From NCBI GenBank assembly GCA_040954595.2, contig CM082597.2, forward strand, positions 5,709,244 through 5,773,243: a stretch of DNA of 64,000 nt, in the 5' to 3' direction. The notes beneath the pieces were generated by a model. The model had not been told where the DNA came from, made no database searches, and worked only from the letters and a program-made list of their open reading frames with translations. The stretch comes from Balanoglossus misakiensis (lineage: Eukaryota; Animalia; Hemichordata). The translations under genes were made by a program, and so were the position numbers. Below, in pieces: positions 1-14,600 of this stretch. Position 1 is the first letter of the stretch. The number at the start of each line of letters is the position of its first letter.

Positions 1-2631
1 TGCGCGCTAATCATTCTTTATGCAGCAGCTAGGACTAAAAATGATTTACAAGACCGATCTAAGAGATAGCCCCAGCGCGAACCGAGTTACCCTTTTAGGA
101 AAATGCCTATCTCACCCTGTGATCTTAATTGAGCAAACGGAGAAATGCGCAATTCACAACCAACCCAAGTTGATAGTATAGGTATGTGCGGTATTAACAA
201 TGGAAATAAAGTGGTTCCATTACTTTGATGTACTGGGAATTCCTTCCTTGTCCATCGTGTATCACAAGGGTGGCAACATTAAGGGAATACACACTGATTG
301 ATGTCTTGTAAGCTTACATGTATTAGCAACCTTACAGGAAACATATTTAACGAGGCAAATTGACGTTAACCGCTGAAGTGCAAGGTGTATTCACCACTTT
401 CAATCATTAGGGATGACTGTGTAATTCTTGTTACCCTGAATAGGATTCTGCTGCCTAAGTGGGTGAAATTTTGTAACAGACAAAGTAACATATATGTAAG
501 CAAGTTGATTGAGTTAAATATAATTTACTACAAATACAGAACTTGTAGACTTGGAGAAGTCATGAAATACAGATACCATACCATTTCATCAACCTCTTCC
601 AACAGTGACTTGTCGACTATCTTACCCACAAAAATATTTGTATATAGTTGACCCCCCAGCATGAAGTAAAAATCATATTTAAGGTTGTTTTATTTTAATC
701 CCACAATATAGTATGGAAATGCCAGGTATGTTCTTGCACATGGTCACCAATGCAATTTTAGCTACCGTTACCATAGAAGTAAAGTTTAATACACGGTATT
801 GAAACGACATCAACATTCAAACAGAGTACTACATACAACATATAAATTTTGAAAATTTTAATTACTGGTACGAGAATAGCTGTGCGTGGGTTTTAGAAAA
901 AACACCACAATATATAGTTCACCTCATCTCATAAAGTGCGGCTCATCTGAATTTAAACGATGTTAGTATAACCCATATCAAACAGTATGCACGTTCAAGC
1001 AAATATCTCCACTGATCAGCATGGATTTGTCAAGAATTAGATTTAGCACAACTAAATGGTTTCCTTAGATCTCATTGTAGCTTCAATGTGTGTGTAAAAT
1101 AAGGAAAACTCAATATACGCTGGCTGTAGCAAAGCATTTGATAGTGTCTGTCACACATTACTGATGTGCTGATGTACAAAACCACCACATTTGATATAAT
1201 ATGGATATTGGTTATATTCGAGACCCGCGGTCGTTTTATGTGTACAATACCTGCTTACTGAATACGTGGCGATTTAGCTATTTGGATGATATCAGTGACG
1301 GGAACCCCTATAGATTCAAAGCAGAAAACGCGCTCTAGGTCTCGTTATCGCGCAGTGTTATCAAACCAATGCATCTCCAACTTTCAGTAATTTCAAACGA
1401 TTAATGCATTTCCCCCTCTGGGGGTGAATAGATATGACAAGCAAAATATCACTTTCTTCGAACAAAAATTGCTAAGTGTGGCTATTCCGTCGTTCGATAA
1501 TGGCCCAATATTCATTTCTTAAGTCTGACGCGTCAGGGAAATAGCTTGAGCCGAATATTGAAGTTTTCATTCTTGTGATCAATCAATCCATATGCAATTA
1601 CGAACAATCAATCATGACTGTAATATGTGACGCAGTCAGGCAAAAATCTGCAATAAAAATGTTCTCATGAGAATATTACGAAACACGCCAATATCTGTGA
1701 TGAACTAAGCTTTCCGCATTCAGGCGCCAGACCGAGATAATACTCAGATGACGGGTTAGAACAAACATCATCTAAAACAAGGAAGTCAGGGAAAGGAAAT
1801 TGAATAATATTTTGAACTTCCAAAGTAAAAAATTTTCTGCAAAAATGATATTATTTAAGCTCCTGTTTTGAGAAATTTTAAAAGTGTCTTAATGTACAAA
1901 ACGCAAAATAGATGAGGTTGCAGTATCTCAGTTTATTTTATTTTAGGATTCATTTTGTCCATCGTCCAATTGGCTAATACAGCTCATTTACAAGGTTAAG
2001 GTAGTCCCACCATTCTTGGGAAAGGCAGAATCATTGGGAAGCCAAAGTCCCTTGTATCGCGGTCTTGTCTTGGTCTCGAACCCACAATCCTCGGATAGCG
2101 AACAATGTACCCTAGCCAAAGTACCACGTATCTCAATACCATTATTTACTGAATGTATGACGAGTGCTTAAATCAAAAGCATGTTTCTCCATCATGCGTC
2201 TATACTTTGTGCATGTGTTTTATTCTGTGACATGTCAAAGCGATACTAAAGGCGGTATTCGGCCAGATAGTGACGTTACATCTACATTCCTCCCTAGAGA
2301 GCATTGGCCCAAGAGTCTCGTTAATCTTTCAGTGAGAGCACTTGAGGAATCAATACCATGGTTATCCAGCAAAAAATCTGCGAGGTAAACGTCCTTGAGT
2401 TCTCATCTGATGTCTTGCCACACACCGGTGTTTAATGCCCACGGAATGGTCAAACGATTGCATAAAAATTAACGAGCTATATAATCCTGTAGGCGAAGAC
2501 AACTTTTGGGGCGACGGCATGCTGTTAAGGGCCTATCGCGGAAGTAATAATGTTATGCCATTTAAACATCGTGTGAGTGCCGGCGATTAGATACTAGTAC
2601 TGATTCATCCGCCTGCATTTTTATTGCACAG

Positions 2632-5600
2632 ACATTGCCAGACCTACTATTGGAGGCTGTCCTGGAAATATCACGGTGACGTCACAGCCCTTGGGGAGAT
2701 CGGCGGTGGTTAGTTGGAAATCCCCGTCGGGGTACGACGGCGGAGGTGACGAACTCCAACTGTAAGTAGAGGTATTAAAGGGACAAAGTCTCTCTCTCGC
2801 TGCCCTTTTTTCCCATTAATTATGTCTGATACAATACTCTTATGTTATTCTACAAGTGGATATATAGTGAATCAACGTTCAATCACACACAACTTCCATC
2901 CCACTTGTAGACACGATCTTTAAAAACTTGCCAAAATGAATAATCGGTCTCTATATATAGAGACCGATTATACATCTTGACGAGATTTTTACTCTCATAT
3001 CCTACAAACAGAATGGAAGTTGTGTGTGGTCGAACGTTGATCCACTATATATCCACATGTAGAATGACATAAATGTATCAAACATAATTAATGGAAAAGG
3101 GGCAGCGAGAGAGAGAGACTTTGTCCCTTTAAAAGGCCCCGGTCATTTACCGATGTTGAAACGTGTCAGGTGTCGTTAAACAATTTATATGAAGAGTTGT
3201 GAACTCGTCTGGTCAGTCCGAGTGTGTTGAAGCGGACATTCTAATAAAAACTATTAAAGTGTTTACCTCTATAATTACAAGATGGTATTCCGCACAGCTC
3301 CCGGCGACACTTACAATTAATGCGGGCAGGAGCTTAGCTTTCGTATTTCATGGTTGGTCGGTTTAATGACGGGAGATGGGAATAATCGTCGGCGGTCGCC
3401 GTGGTGAACGATTTTGCACGCATGGCGAGGATTGGAGTGGAAGGGAATTCAATGAAAGTGCATATTTAATGCTTCAAGTGACTGGTTTGTTTCCTTAGTC
3501 AATTGCATCATATCACATGGTGAAAGTACTCAAAGAGAGAAAGGTATCTCTCCGAAAGAGCATTTTCTCGACAAGTCTGTGTTTATACACCGTGACTGTG
3601 CAGATATAATCTGTAATATTTTTATGGATATGAGCAGACGGTACTCAAAATGCGCCTTAGGTTACATAAATGCAACTTTCATCGCTGAATGCCGCCATAT
3701 CTGAGTCACACCGTATTGGATACTCGAGCTATACATCTTGCCATTAGTTTGTGAATGTAAACATGACATTTAACGAAAAAGTCTGAACTTACGTATAAGT
3801 GGTTGCATAATCTTTCATACAGTCACAACATTAATGTTATAGTTTAGTCAACAACGTGCATATTACTTGACTAGACATATGGGGTCAAGAGGAATGACAA
3901 AATGGCGCCATAGCCCAATGATTTTCAGACAATACTGACACCTTCTCATCACTTTTCAGCAAACATGGCGGACCATCGTCTGGATCCAGAGTCGCCGGTC
4001 AGACAACTGTTCATTACATCGCTGTGGACAAACACGGCAACGTAGCCGCCTGTTCCTTTACTGTCAGCGTTATCGGTAAGTCTTCGCAAATTTAGTATCC
4101 ATCTACCTGACAGTGGTGTTTGGTGTTGCATCTTAAAGACTTTAGGCTGGCCCAATAGTTATAGTGAGTGGTTTTAGAAAAGTTTGAATTAGCGGCCATT
4201 ACAGATAAACCAGAAACAAGTACTGTACTCAGTTTCCTTCAAGTTTCCTTCAAGGAATAATACGTTTTTGTAATAGCTAATTCACCATTAATATTCATGA
4301 CAAAAACTTGTCTTATTCATGCCCAATTTTTGTATTAAATTTATATCTTGTTTTATTTGTAAATATATACAAATTAGATAATTGTTGTAAACATAACATA
4401 CACATTAAAGTGTTAAATCACCACAACAGAAATGTAGAAGTCAAATCGTCCGTTTAAATCACATGCCATAAATAATTCCCCCGGAATCGATGCCTATGTT
4501 ACAACCTGTACAGATTGGACCCAGTGGAGTAAAGAGTGCTGATCGTAAAATAGAAAACTCTTTCTGGATGTAAGCTCCTTTGCATTTCACACCAGCTGTG
4601 AACATTATCTCCACTCTGACTTCACACCACTCAAACATGTCTACGAGCACATGGCGACATGTGGGCTATAGGTTGCTTCAGAAACAGCTCTGAGTAACAC
4701 TAATTTACGAGCAGGTCAGATATACAACTGCGTAAAGCAAGCGCTTTAGAGCTTAGATGGATGTATGCAGTAACACTGTTGGATTTGGAAATGGGATTTT
4801 TGATCAGTATATATTTTTAAAACTGTCCACGGAACCAAAGTAGCTGAACAACGTGTGTTACTAACTGATACTTCATGCAGATCCGAGGTGTTTTCTTCTT
4901 GAAAGTGCTTTATATATTACACTCAGGCTGGGAGTTTTAAGGTTCAACTGTCGCCATTTGTTCATATGTATTCCTGAATTGTGTTGTGGTTCAGTTGAAT
5001 TAACGTCCTCCTAAAATTCACTCAGCAGTTTCGTTTAAGCGTAGTCATCTGTTACCATAGTTACCCCCAACGAGTCACAATTTCATTTTCCCCGGCGCAT
5101 CCAGTAGAAAGGGTTCGTTTTGTTACTATGATTAAAAAAACTAATCGCGGTGAAGTGTCGTTTCGAAGTGAGACACGGTTCGGCGCTTTGCGTGCAGTCG
5201 ATTATCTATGCAGTCCTATGCGGGAACATGTAGACCTGCACTGAAAGAATTGATCTTGTGAATTTAATCTCTGCTCCGGCTCTATACCGATCAATTTACT
5301 GCTCTGCCTCGTGGCTATATCATACCTCTGGTTAGTATGACTCTCTCTCCCTCACAGTCTCTCTCTCTCTCCCTCTCTCTGTCTCTCTCCCCGTCTTTTT
5401 CAGTCACTCTCTCAGTCTCTTTCATTCTTTCGCTTGCCCCTCTCTCTACCTCTCTCTTCCCCTCCCCATATCTTACCTCTCTCTCCATTCTATGCATTAT
5501 CATTACCCTAGTGCCACATTTCAAAGGAGAAAGCGGTAAATAGCAAGCGAGTTTCAGCCACGTCTATCATTTTCCCTGTCCAGTGCATAATCATATAGAA

Positions 5601-8600
5601 GAAAATCTCTCTAGAGTCAAGAATATCCATGAGTACCACCCAACTCATCGCTGCTTTTATAACCACAGTCTTCTTTTAAAAATATTGATTGATGCTGCAA
5701 GGATTTTGACAGTATTTCAATGTCATCCATCAATGTTCTTGAAAATGCAATAACATGATAGATTATCATAGGTAGAACCAACATACGGCTTCGAAATAAA
5801 GACGATGAATTCTAGATTTCATTTATCAATAATATCACGAGGAGTTAAATATGCACAGTCAATGATCGGGGGTGGGGCACGTATAGCCGCATTCGGTACA
5901 GTGAGAAAATAAGACTATTTCGATAGTTGACATTTACTTAAAACGCCTGAAAAACGCCGCGCCCTTTATTGATCATACGAGCTTTGCCACGAATAATTGA
6001 TTGGCGATGCGAATAGTAACATATGGTATCATAATAATGCATAGAAATAGAACGTTAATGGTTTGGCAATGTCAAGTATAAGTCTGCACTGCATGAACGA
6101 TTTCGCCGTTAATTCATTGTCTAGTAATTTTCACAAGAATTTCTGTGATCCGATTGAAGACTGTTGGTGATCTCGTTTGTTTTTTCTCAGTGATACAGAC
6201 GCCCTCTCCTTTAACATGCATCGTCTGTGGCACTTTCCCAATCGATCAATTTTCCCAAATAGTAGCCTCCGGATATCAGGCAGTTTTTGCTGCTGGAAAT
6301 AACTTCCGTGTAGAGAAGCAATCCCTCGTCTGGGACATGGTCTCAGCAGAGTGTGCATGCTTGTCTGGTTATGCGGAGTAATTCGCTCTAATAACCGACG
6401 CTTCGGGTAATCGCACGAACATGTCCTGTACCTCCAAGAAACAACTAGTTCTTCTGGTGCTTAGTTTATGGCGGCTAACACAGCCATCCATCAGAGAGGG
6501 CTGATCCATTGTGTTTTGGCTGATACCGTGTACTTGTCCAAGTCAAAGCCTCTGAGTCGACATATACAATACAAACAGTCTGAGCTTCACAGAAGGATTA
6601 TACTACCCATCGATGTATTTTTGAAAATATGAAGCGGTCGTCGTACCGCATTTGTTTGTTTATAAACATTACAATATATCCACAAATCCCTGAAATTAGG
6701 TAATTCTTAGAATGAACGAAGCAGCCAGCCGTAGCCTAGACTGGGCACGACAGCAACTGCAGATCCTAGTAGGTTGTGGCGACTGCAGTGGGGTTTGCGC
6801 TGGTATGGGGGGACATATTCTCATCAAGGGGGACACCCATGCGGCGCGACGACCCCTTCCCCTTAATACTTTGTGTGCTTTTCCCATCCAAGGCGAAAAT
6901 GAAAGGCCACCTGTGGTCTAGACTGCAATGAATGCTTTTGTGATAAAAATGTAAGAATGTATCACTCTAAAGAAAACAGGATTTCCTCCCTGGTGTATTC
7001 GTTACATTTGCAACAGTTTATGCAATAACATTTTCTTTTCAACTGAGACTGGCAACAATTTATACAATCACTCTGTTTGTTATAAACTGAGACTGGCTAA
7101 AATGTTACAAATCTTTATTTCTTATCAACTTAGACCAATGAACAAAATCGATGGTTAGTCCATTCATTCTGTTTCTCATTGTATATGTACGACCTGAACC
7201 CGAAGCTGACGCGCCTATAGAATACAGCGAAAGGGGAGAACGCATCACTATCTGATATCAGCTCCTTTAATGTTGTAAACGCCACTATCAATAATTAGCG
7301 AGGTGGTTCGCCTTGAGAATGAAGGAAACACTGAGAACTGCAGTACTGATAAGATATGAAGGAATAGCTAATATTGCTTATCTTGGTAAAACTCTTATCT
7401 CCAGTAGAGATAGCACATGCGACTTTCTAGGGAATCTTCGATATACCCGAGTGGAATATGTTAACGCACTCGTTGTAAATTGTGCATAAAATGCCAATGT
7501 GTTTCCATCCGGAACTGACAGCAATTGAAGCATGCTGTCTATGATATAAGTGAGAAGTGTTTTTCACATATAGGATGCCCACTGTTTCTTACATGCCTTC
7601 ACTTGCCTACACAAGTTAAAAGAAAATATATTTAAAGGGACATTAGCTGTAACATTTGACTTTAATTTCAGTATTTTCGTTTGGTGTGCCAAGCGTAATT
7701 TCTTGTTCTACTCAAATGCTGATATACTGAGTACCCCGCTTGTGAACACAGACTGTATGTTTGTAACGGCCATTGTTATTGTTGACAAATGAATTCTAGT
7801 GCGGGCTTGAATTCAAATATGATATAGTGCGATATAGGTCTTATTTGTACAAGGTTGGAAATTGCCTAACACTCACACTCACTAAATATAAAGTATTGGT
7901 CGTCAAAAAATCCTGTTCCCATGAAAAAGATATCATTATGATATTCTAAATAATGATGAGACAGCTTAAGTATGTACGTTGACGTGTATCACTGGAAGGC
8001 TTTATTGTTATATCAGTAATAGACATACTGCACATCTCAGTAACACAATCAGTAGATATTGAACGATTCGTTGTAACTGTTAACTGTATTTCCTACCATT
8101 CGTATTCCAGTATTAGAATGCCCCAGGTTAACCCCGCCAAGGAACGCCCTCCTTCGGCAGAAAACCGGCTACCCTCTGTCGGGTTCCAGGGTCGAATACA
8201 CTTGCTTTGAAGGCTTCAGTCTGCGTGGCGACAGATACCGGCGCTGTGAACAGCAACGCGGGAAAACTAAGTGGAGTGGACATGAACCGATGTGTGTTCG
8301 TAAGCTATGATCATTGTTCTCACCAATCTCAACACTAGGTGGCAGTCAACAATAGAAATTGATCGCCTACGAGACGACACATCAACCTTAAAACATACAA
8401 ATTGTACAATTTGTATTCTACTGTTAATTTGTTTAGCAAAAAAATTAGGCCAATACTCACTATGTTTCTCAAGTTAGTGGGTTTGGAATATGGAAAGTCG
8501 TATGCCTGTGAATATAGACAAAAAGTGCAATTTATAAAGTTTATAGTTTTGCAATCTCTTGTCGTCTGACCACATTCGAAAACAAAGTTGTACAGGTACT

Positions 8601-11600
8601 GACAAATTGACTTAAAACTTTATAACACAGGTCACGTTGATAATTTATCTTCCTTCTACGGGACCTGCCACATTTCCCTTTCTGCATAATTCAACAATAT
8701 AAGACTGTGTATGCTGGGGGCTTGAACCCATCATCTCAGGCGAGATCAAACGACTTAGTTGCCAAGCAACCGTTGCCACCTTGGATGTTTTATTAATGAG
8801 CAAATTAATCTATCATAGCTGACTACTTCCCAGATTAACAATGTATTATTTTGATGTGCTTGCACTTTCAGCTATGCGGTGTAAGGCACTGGACAATCCA
8901 CGATGGGGAATGTTTAGTTGCACATCAGGTAGCCAGTATCAAAGCCTGTGTACTCTAACCTGTTACGAAGGCTTTGGTGTTCCACCGGGTTTTAATAGCA
9001 TCGTGCTATGTAAAGAGAATGGACATTGGGACGGAGGAGCACCATACTGTGCTGGTAGGTTTTTAAATGTAGTCTTTGTGATAGATAAAACTAACATGAT
9101 CTTAAGCCCCATTAGCTGCCCTCATGTAAAACAATACTTTCATGATTATACATATACAGTATGTGTGCGTATCTCACTGCTGTTATTTTTTGACTCGTGA
9201 ATTTCAATTCCGGACTAAATGTAATTGTTTGTCAACAATGCAGCTATATTCACTCTTCTGTGGGTCACACACAAACTATTAAGACTGTTCTGAAGTGTCT
9301 CAGATCAGATACCGTCTTTAAAAAACATGTGTGGACAGTGTGTATAGTGGTTCTGACACAGCTTGCTGGCCAGACCTCAGCTGATGTAAGGATTAACCCC
9401 TCAAATTTTACCCTGTGTGAACCTGGTATATGTTTGCAAGCCTAACACTGGGAACTTCCCCTTGCACCAGCACATGTTAATCTGTTTGTATAAAAGAAGG
9501 TGACTCCTTACGTTGTTTTCCAGATATTACACCCCCGTCATTTGAAAATTGTCCGGATGACATCAACGCCTACGTGGACGAAGGGACCAGTGTTACTCGA
9601 GTGACGTGGCCGAGTGTAGTGGTCACAGACAATTCGCATGAGACAATTGAGGCTCACATCATTCAGGGCAAAGATTTGGGATCGCTCTTTGAAGTTGGAC
9701 ACCACGTGATCAAGTATCAGGCCACAGACAGCGCCACCAATCACGGTTATTGTCAATTTACCCTGCGTGTCATAGGTAAAATTACATATATCATATTACA
9801 ATGTACTTTTGCTGGCAGAACATGTTATCATGTGTAGCAGTTTTCTTGATAAATGCTTCCGTATTTAATGGAGAAGAAGGAAATACTGGATAATATTTGC
9901 CTATAAAATTAAGATGATTTTATTTCTTACATTTGTCAAGATGACACATGGACAGAGATGTTTACTCCAAATTTAGTATACATATGTATATAAAGGCCAG
10001 CTAAGGAAAGTCCCTTGACTGGCCACTATAGACAGGTTTGACTGTATTTTACTTAACTCACTGTCAAGGAATTAATTGTCACAGTGATATAGAGTGGCAT
10101 GTCAGATTTTTATGAGGATTTTCACAGAAAAAAATTCCATGTTGATTTGTTTTGTTTCTAATTATTCTGTCTACTTGCAGAAGCATCTTGCACACCCATT
10201 AAGCCCTTGCCACACCAACGCGTAGCCTGTCCCTATGGATACCGAGCCGGGGCAGTGTGTACGTTATCTTGTCGCTATGGTTACAAGCTGGAAGGACCGT
10301 CTACGGTGACCTGTGTAAAGCAACAGAATTCAGTCAGTGGTTTCTGGGATTGGAATGGTGGTCAACCTACGTGCACTAGTATGTATTATCATTGAGACAG
10401 GCTTTTTGTAACTTTTCACAATTTGTTGACAATGTTAAACTTTGTTACTGTGTTTAATTCAGTTGTTCTTCCTGAATGTCTTGTAACATTTAAACTCAGT
10501 TTGTCCAAAAACAAATCGATACATTTAAAAAAAAAAATTTATTGTCAACAAGAACTGCAGTTCTGTATGAAGAGATACAATTTCGATATGTTTGTCTCTG
10601 TCTAAAGCTAGTTTTAAGAGATAGGCCTAAGTGTTCAGGGTAAGCATACAAAATAATTAGCCCAAGATGTTCATATTTATGTGAAAAGGAATTTCATCAA
10701 GTACTAAAATGTTGAGGCTAGAAATGTACATTTTTGTCAGTAATACATCACACTTAGGAGTATATCATACAATAATAGCTTATCTATTACAATATATACT
10801 AGTAGACTCTGTAGTGTTTCGGTATTGCCAAATCAGAAAAGTTTCTATATAAATCTGACATTATCTACCAACCTTTCTTTGCAGATGTGCTATGCCCACC
10901 CTTACAGTCACCCAACCATGGCCGACTTCTCTGCGATCTTTGGGGTCACAAAAGACTTTGCCGCGTGGAATGCGATGAAGGGTATGAAGTACCACGAGAT
11001 TATGAATATCCGGTCATGCAGTTCGTCTGCTCGCCTGCCGGAAGTTGGACACCGAGTGCGGAAGTACCAGATTGCATAGGTATTATCCTTGTTGCATTTT
11101 TGTCACATAAGACCATGGGGGAACAAGGAAGTGGAAATCACACTGTATGCATTGTGTTAACATATTAACATATCCTTTCTGATATTTATTTTCACATTAT
11201 TGATGATTTCAGAAAACCCACACACATATACCTTTAATTTTCAAATTTCCCTTCCTCTACAACGTCGCGTCGAAAAACGAACAAATTATTCAATGACGTC
11301 ACGCTCTGTAAATAAATGTTAAATCAAACTGGAAATTCGTGTCAACGAATACAACCTCCTCATAAGTCTTAGCCCTCAGGCAGTTACTGTGAATTTGAAC
11401 TCAAAGCGAGGCCAATGGGGAAGACCCCTGATGTGATTTGTCAACTTTCCCCATAGGTCTCGCTGTGAGTTCATATTGCTATGTGCAGGCACTAGACTTA
11501 TGAAAAGGGTGTATACCAGCCTATCATAGTCGGTGATGTTTTTATTGTTGTTTATACTCTACATGCAAATTTTGTTCACAGCGAGTAAAGAACCTCGGTC

Positions 11601-14600
11601 AGGCTTACTGCCAAGTGAACTCTATTACTACTCCAAGAACTGCTCTGATAGGACTTTCCAAAAAGAAGTTGGAGAAGTATTCCTGAATAAAGTAGACAAG
11701 TCTCTGACGTCATTCGCCTGCACCAATCAGCTGCAGTGTTACTTGGACGAGCTGCAGATCAAGTGCGAACCGCTGCGGCATATGAGTCGGCTCTTCCGCC
11801 GCTTCCTGAACTTTGCCTCCAGCGAGCGCACCTCCTCCTCGCCGGCGTGGCAACAGCTGCGCATGGGCGCCCTGCAGGACCACTTCTGGAACCTCATGGT
11901 CGTCGAGTTCAAGATCAAGGTCAAGGTCAACCCGGCGGGCTCCAACGAGACCCGGTTGCCGCCCGTGACCGTCGGGGGCGTCTTCGACGAGAGCTTGCAC
12001 CAGATGGCGAAACTCATCGAGAGTTTGGTGATGGCGGGGAATTTGAGCTTGCCGGCTTTGAGGGGTGTGTCCAATGAATTGGAGAAGGAATCGTTTACAT
12101 ATGGCAGAACACAGATTCTCTGTGACCGGGGTCTTCTACCTCGATTTGGCAGCTACTCATGTGGTGAGTTGTGGTCCACTTTGATGATATACTATTACTC
12201 TTACATGTGTCAATGATTTGGTATGGCATAAAATAGTTACCCACGTGGGGGATTATCAGCACAGCTGGAAAATTTATGGTTTTAATTTTAACTCCACAGC
12301 TGTCTGTTAAAAGTTAGTCAGAACGATTGCACCATGAGGTTTAAATTACTCCCCATAGACATTATCCAACCAAACCTTTAAAAATAATCTGAAAAAAATA
12401 TATTGCGGAAGGGGGAGATACATATATTGTGTTTAAAAGTAGTGTGGAAGACGTACCTTTAACTGTACGCAAACATTAAAAACAGAGGTCTAGCTTACAT
12501 TTCATGGTCATAAAAAAAGTGTTAGTGTCACACAAACGAAAACATTTATAAGTCTTCATCATCTTCTCTCAGCTTCGTGTGGCACTGGTTCATATTATAA
12601 CTCAACACTGGATACTTGTGTCAGATGCCCCATCGGCTACTATCAGAATTTGGCGGGCCAGTTCACCTGTACACGTTGTAAGGCAGGCACTTCCACAGCT
12701 GATCATGGAGCGAGAAATGCCTCACAGTGCCTGGGTATGTGTATCTAAACTGTGTATCTTGGGTTGTGACAATTATGTGTTCAATTATGACCAGCTGAGA
12801 TTGTCAAATCAATGGTGCCATTCTCTTGTAACCAAAATAATGTTCAAGCATATGATCTGTGGAGGTGATAATTGCTTTCAGCTATGCTAAATATAATTTT
12901 GTATGTTTCCCCTCCAATAAGATCTGTGTAAAGCAGGCTACTATTCCACGAATGGCCTGGAACCATGCTCCATGTGTGAGAGAGGTACCTACCAAAATAA
13001 AACCGGTCAGCTGAAATGTCAGCCGTGTGACGTGGACAAAACCACACTACAGATGGGAATGACATCACAAGATGCTTGTACAGGTCAGAATGAGTGTTAT
13101 CGCATCGCTGTCGTTGGCCTTTACTCTAAAGACGAACAGTCTTGTCGTCGCTTTATTTTCATCTCCAATTAATATAACTTAGTGTCTGTGATTAGAGTCT
13201 GTGTGTTTTGAACTAAATGTCACGGTGGTTGCAAGCATAATCCAATGGGCAGTGACGTGAAGCAGAGAATCTAGAAAGTGAAATATCGAACACTTAAATT
13301 GAGCTATTCAACTGGAAAAGCCTTGCGCATTATTGCCAAGACGGCATTCAAATGCAGATGTAAAAACCAAACCAGAATCAAATCATGTCAAAAAGTCAAA
13401 TTTCTGATTACAATTCCTTGTTATAATGTGGCTATCAAATGCACTTATGCGATAATTGACCAGATTTCTGTCGTTGATTGATTTGTAGGTTTCGATTTAA
13501 CGTTCTCTGCCGACGAAGCGGAGACTTTCCCCTTGCTGACGCATGCCCTCGGTGATGACACACGTCTGCTGCAGTTCAGCATGTCTTTCTGGATGCAGGT
13601 TGTAAATGCAAGCGAAAACTCTGTGATTGTAGCGTGTGTTGATGAAATCAGAAACGGCACGGACAGCGCTTTGCTCTTGTTCCGAAATGCCGTGAATTTG
13701 GAGATAAAAACTGCCAGGTAAGTACTTTACCATCTTCCAACAAGTGGGATGGAAGTTGTGTGTTGTCTAACCATGACAATGTATAAATGGTGCAGCCTTT
13801 CACACTACAACAGTTATGTACTGTGAGAGATACAGTTATATCTGTTAGACTGTCAGGAGTCTCCCACGCCTTCTTTGTCTAAATTAGCAACGCATGCATA
13901 ATGATAATAAGCATTGAATGTCATAGCAACGTGCCGAAGGCGGGGTGTCACATCATACGGCTTCTTTGACTATATCATGGCCCACAATTTTTTTTAAATA
14001 TCTAGGTACACAGTTCTCACCAACATGATGCTTGAGTACCAACGCTGGCACCATTTAATGATATTATGGGATGGCTTGATAGGCAAGTGGTCGATCTACA
14101 AAGATGGCATACTGTTGTCGAGTAATTTTCTGGTAGAAACTAGGGCGGGAAGTAGTCTAACTGGGTCAGCAGACGACAACTATTTGGTAGGCAGAACATA
14201 CACAGATAGTGTGAATGGTAAGGCAACCTTGTCTTAAATACACAACCTTTTGGTTTGCTTAAATCATACCACCCTTTGTTTTTACCCCTTGTCGTCGCCA
14301 CACTTAATGTAAACGTTTTAGCAAACATACATGTACCTAATTTGTTTGTGCTTGTTAGTTTTCTTGTTTGTTTTGTATTTTTTGTGTAATTTATGCAAGT
14401 GTACCAGTGATTTGTGTAGGTTGTATACCAATAACGTCAACAGGCATTGCAATACAATGCAATGATGTTTTCAATTGATTTCTCCCAGGAAATTATATCA
14501 GCCGATCAGTTGCTGTGGGTGGACCTTCCTTTGTTGGTGACGTCACAAACTTGTACATATGGGACAGGCTGCTGGAACCTGTGGCAATATGGCAACTTTC

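Noticed and set aside
2065-2120. tRNA-like B-box on the minus strand (also ~8716-8775)
   Set aside because: No cloverleaf can be built; at most degraded SINE heads, too weak to call.
2333-2384. Candidate upstream exon of the SVEP1-like gene
   Set aside because: Its open frame ends in phase 2 but the next exon needs phase 1.
6393-6430. TDASGNRT peptide resembling a HYR motif
   Set aside because: In-frame stop just upstream and no suitable splice sites; the HYR domain is already completed by exon 3960-4075.
11710-12077. Overlapping alternative-frame and antisense ORFs, or bacterial HGT, in the GC-rich tract
   Set aside because: Explained by high GC3 of the host exon; the host frame is continuous on both sides and no foreign protein motif is evident.
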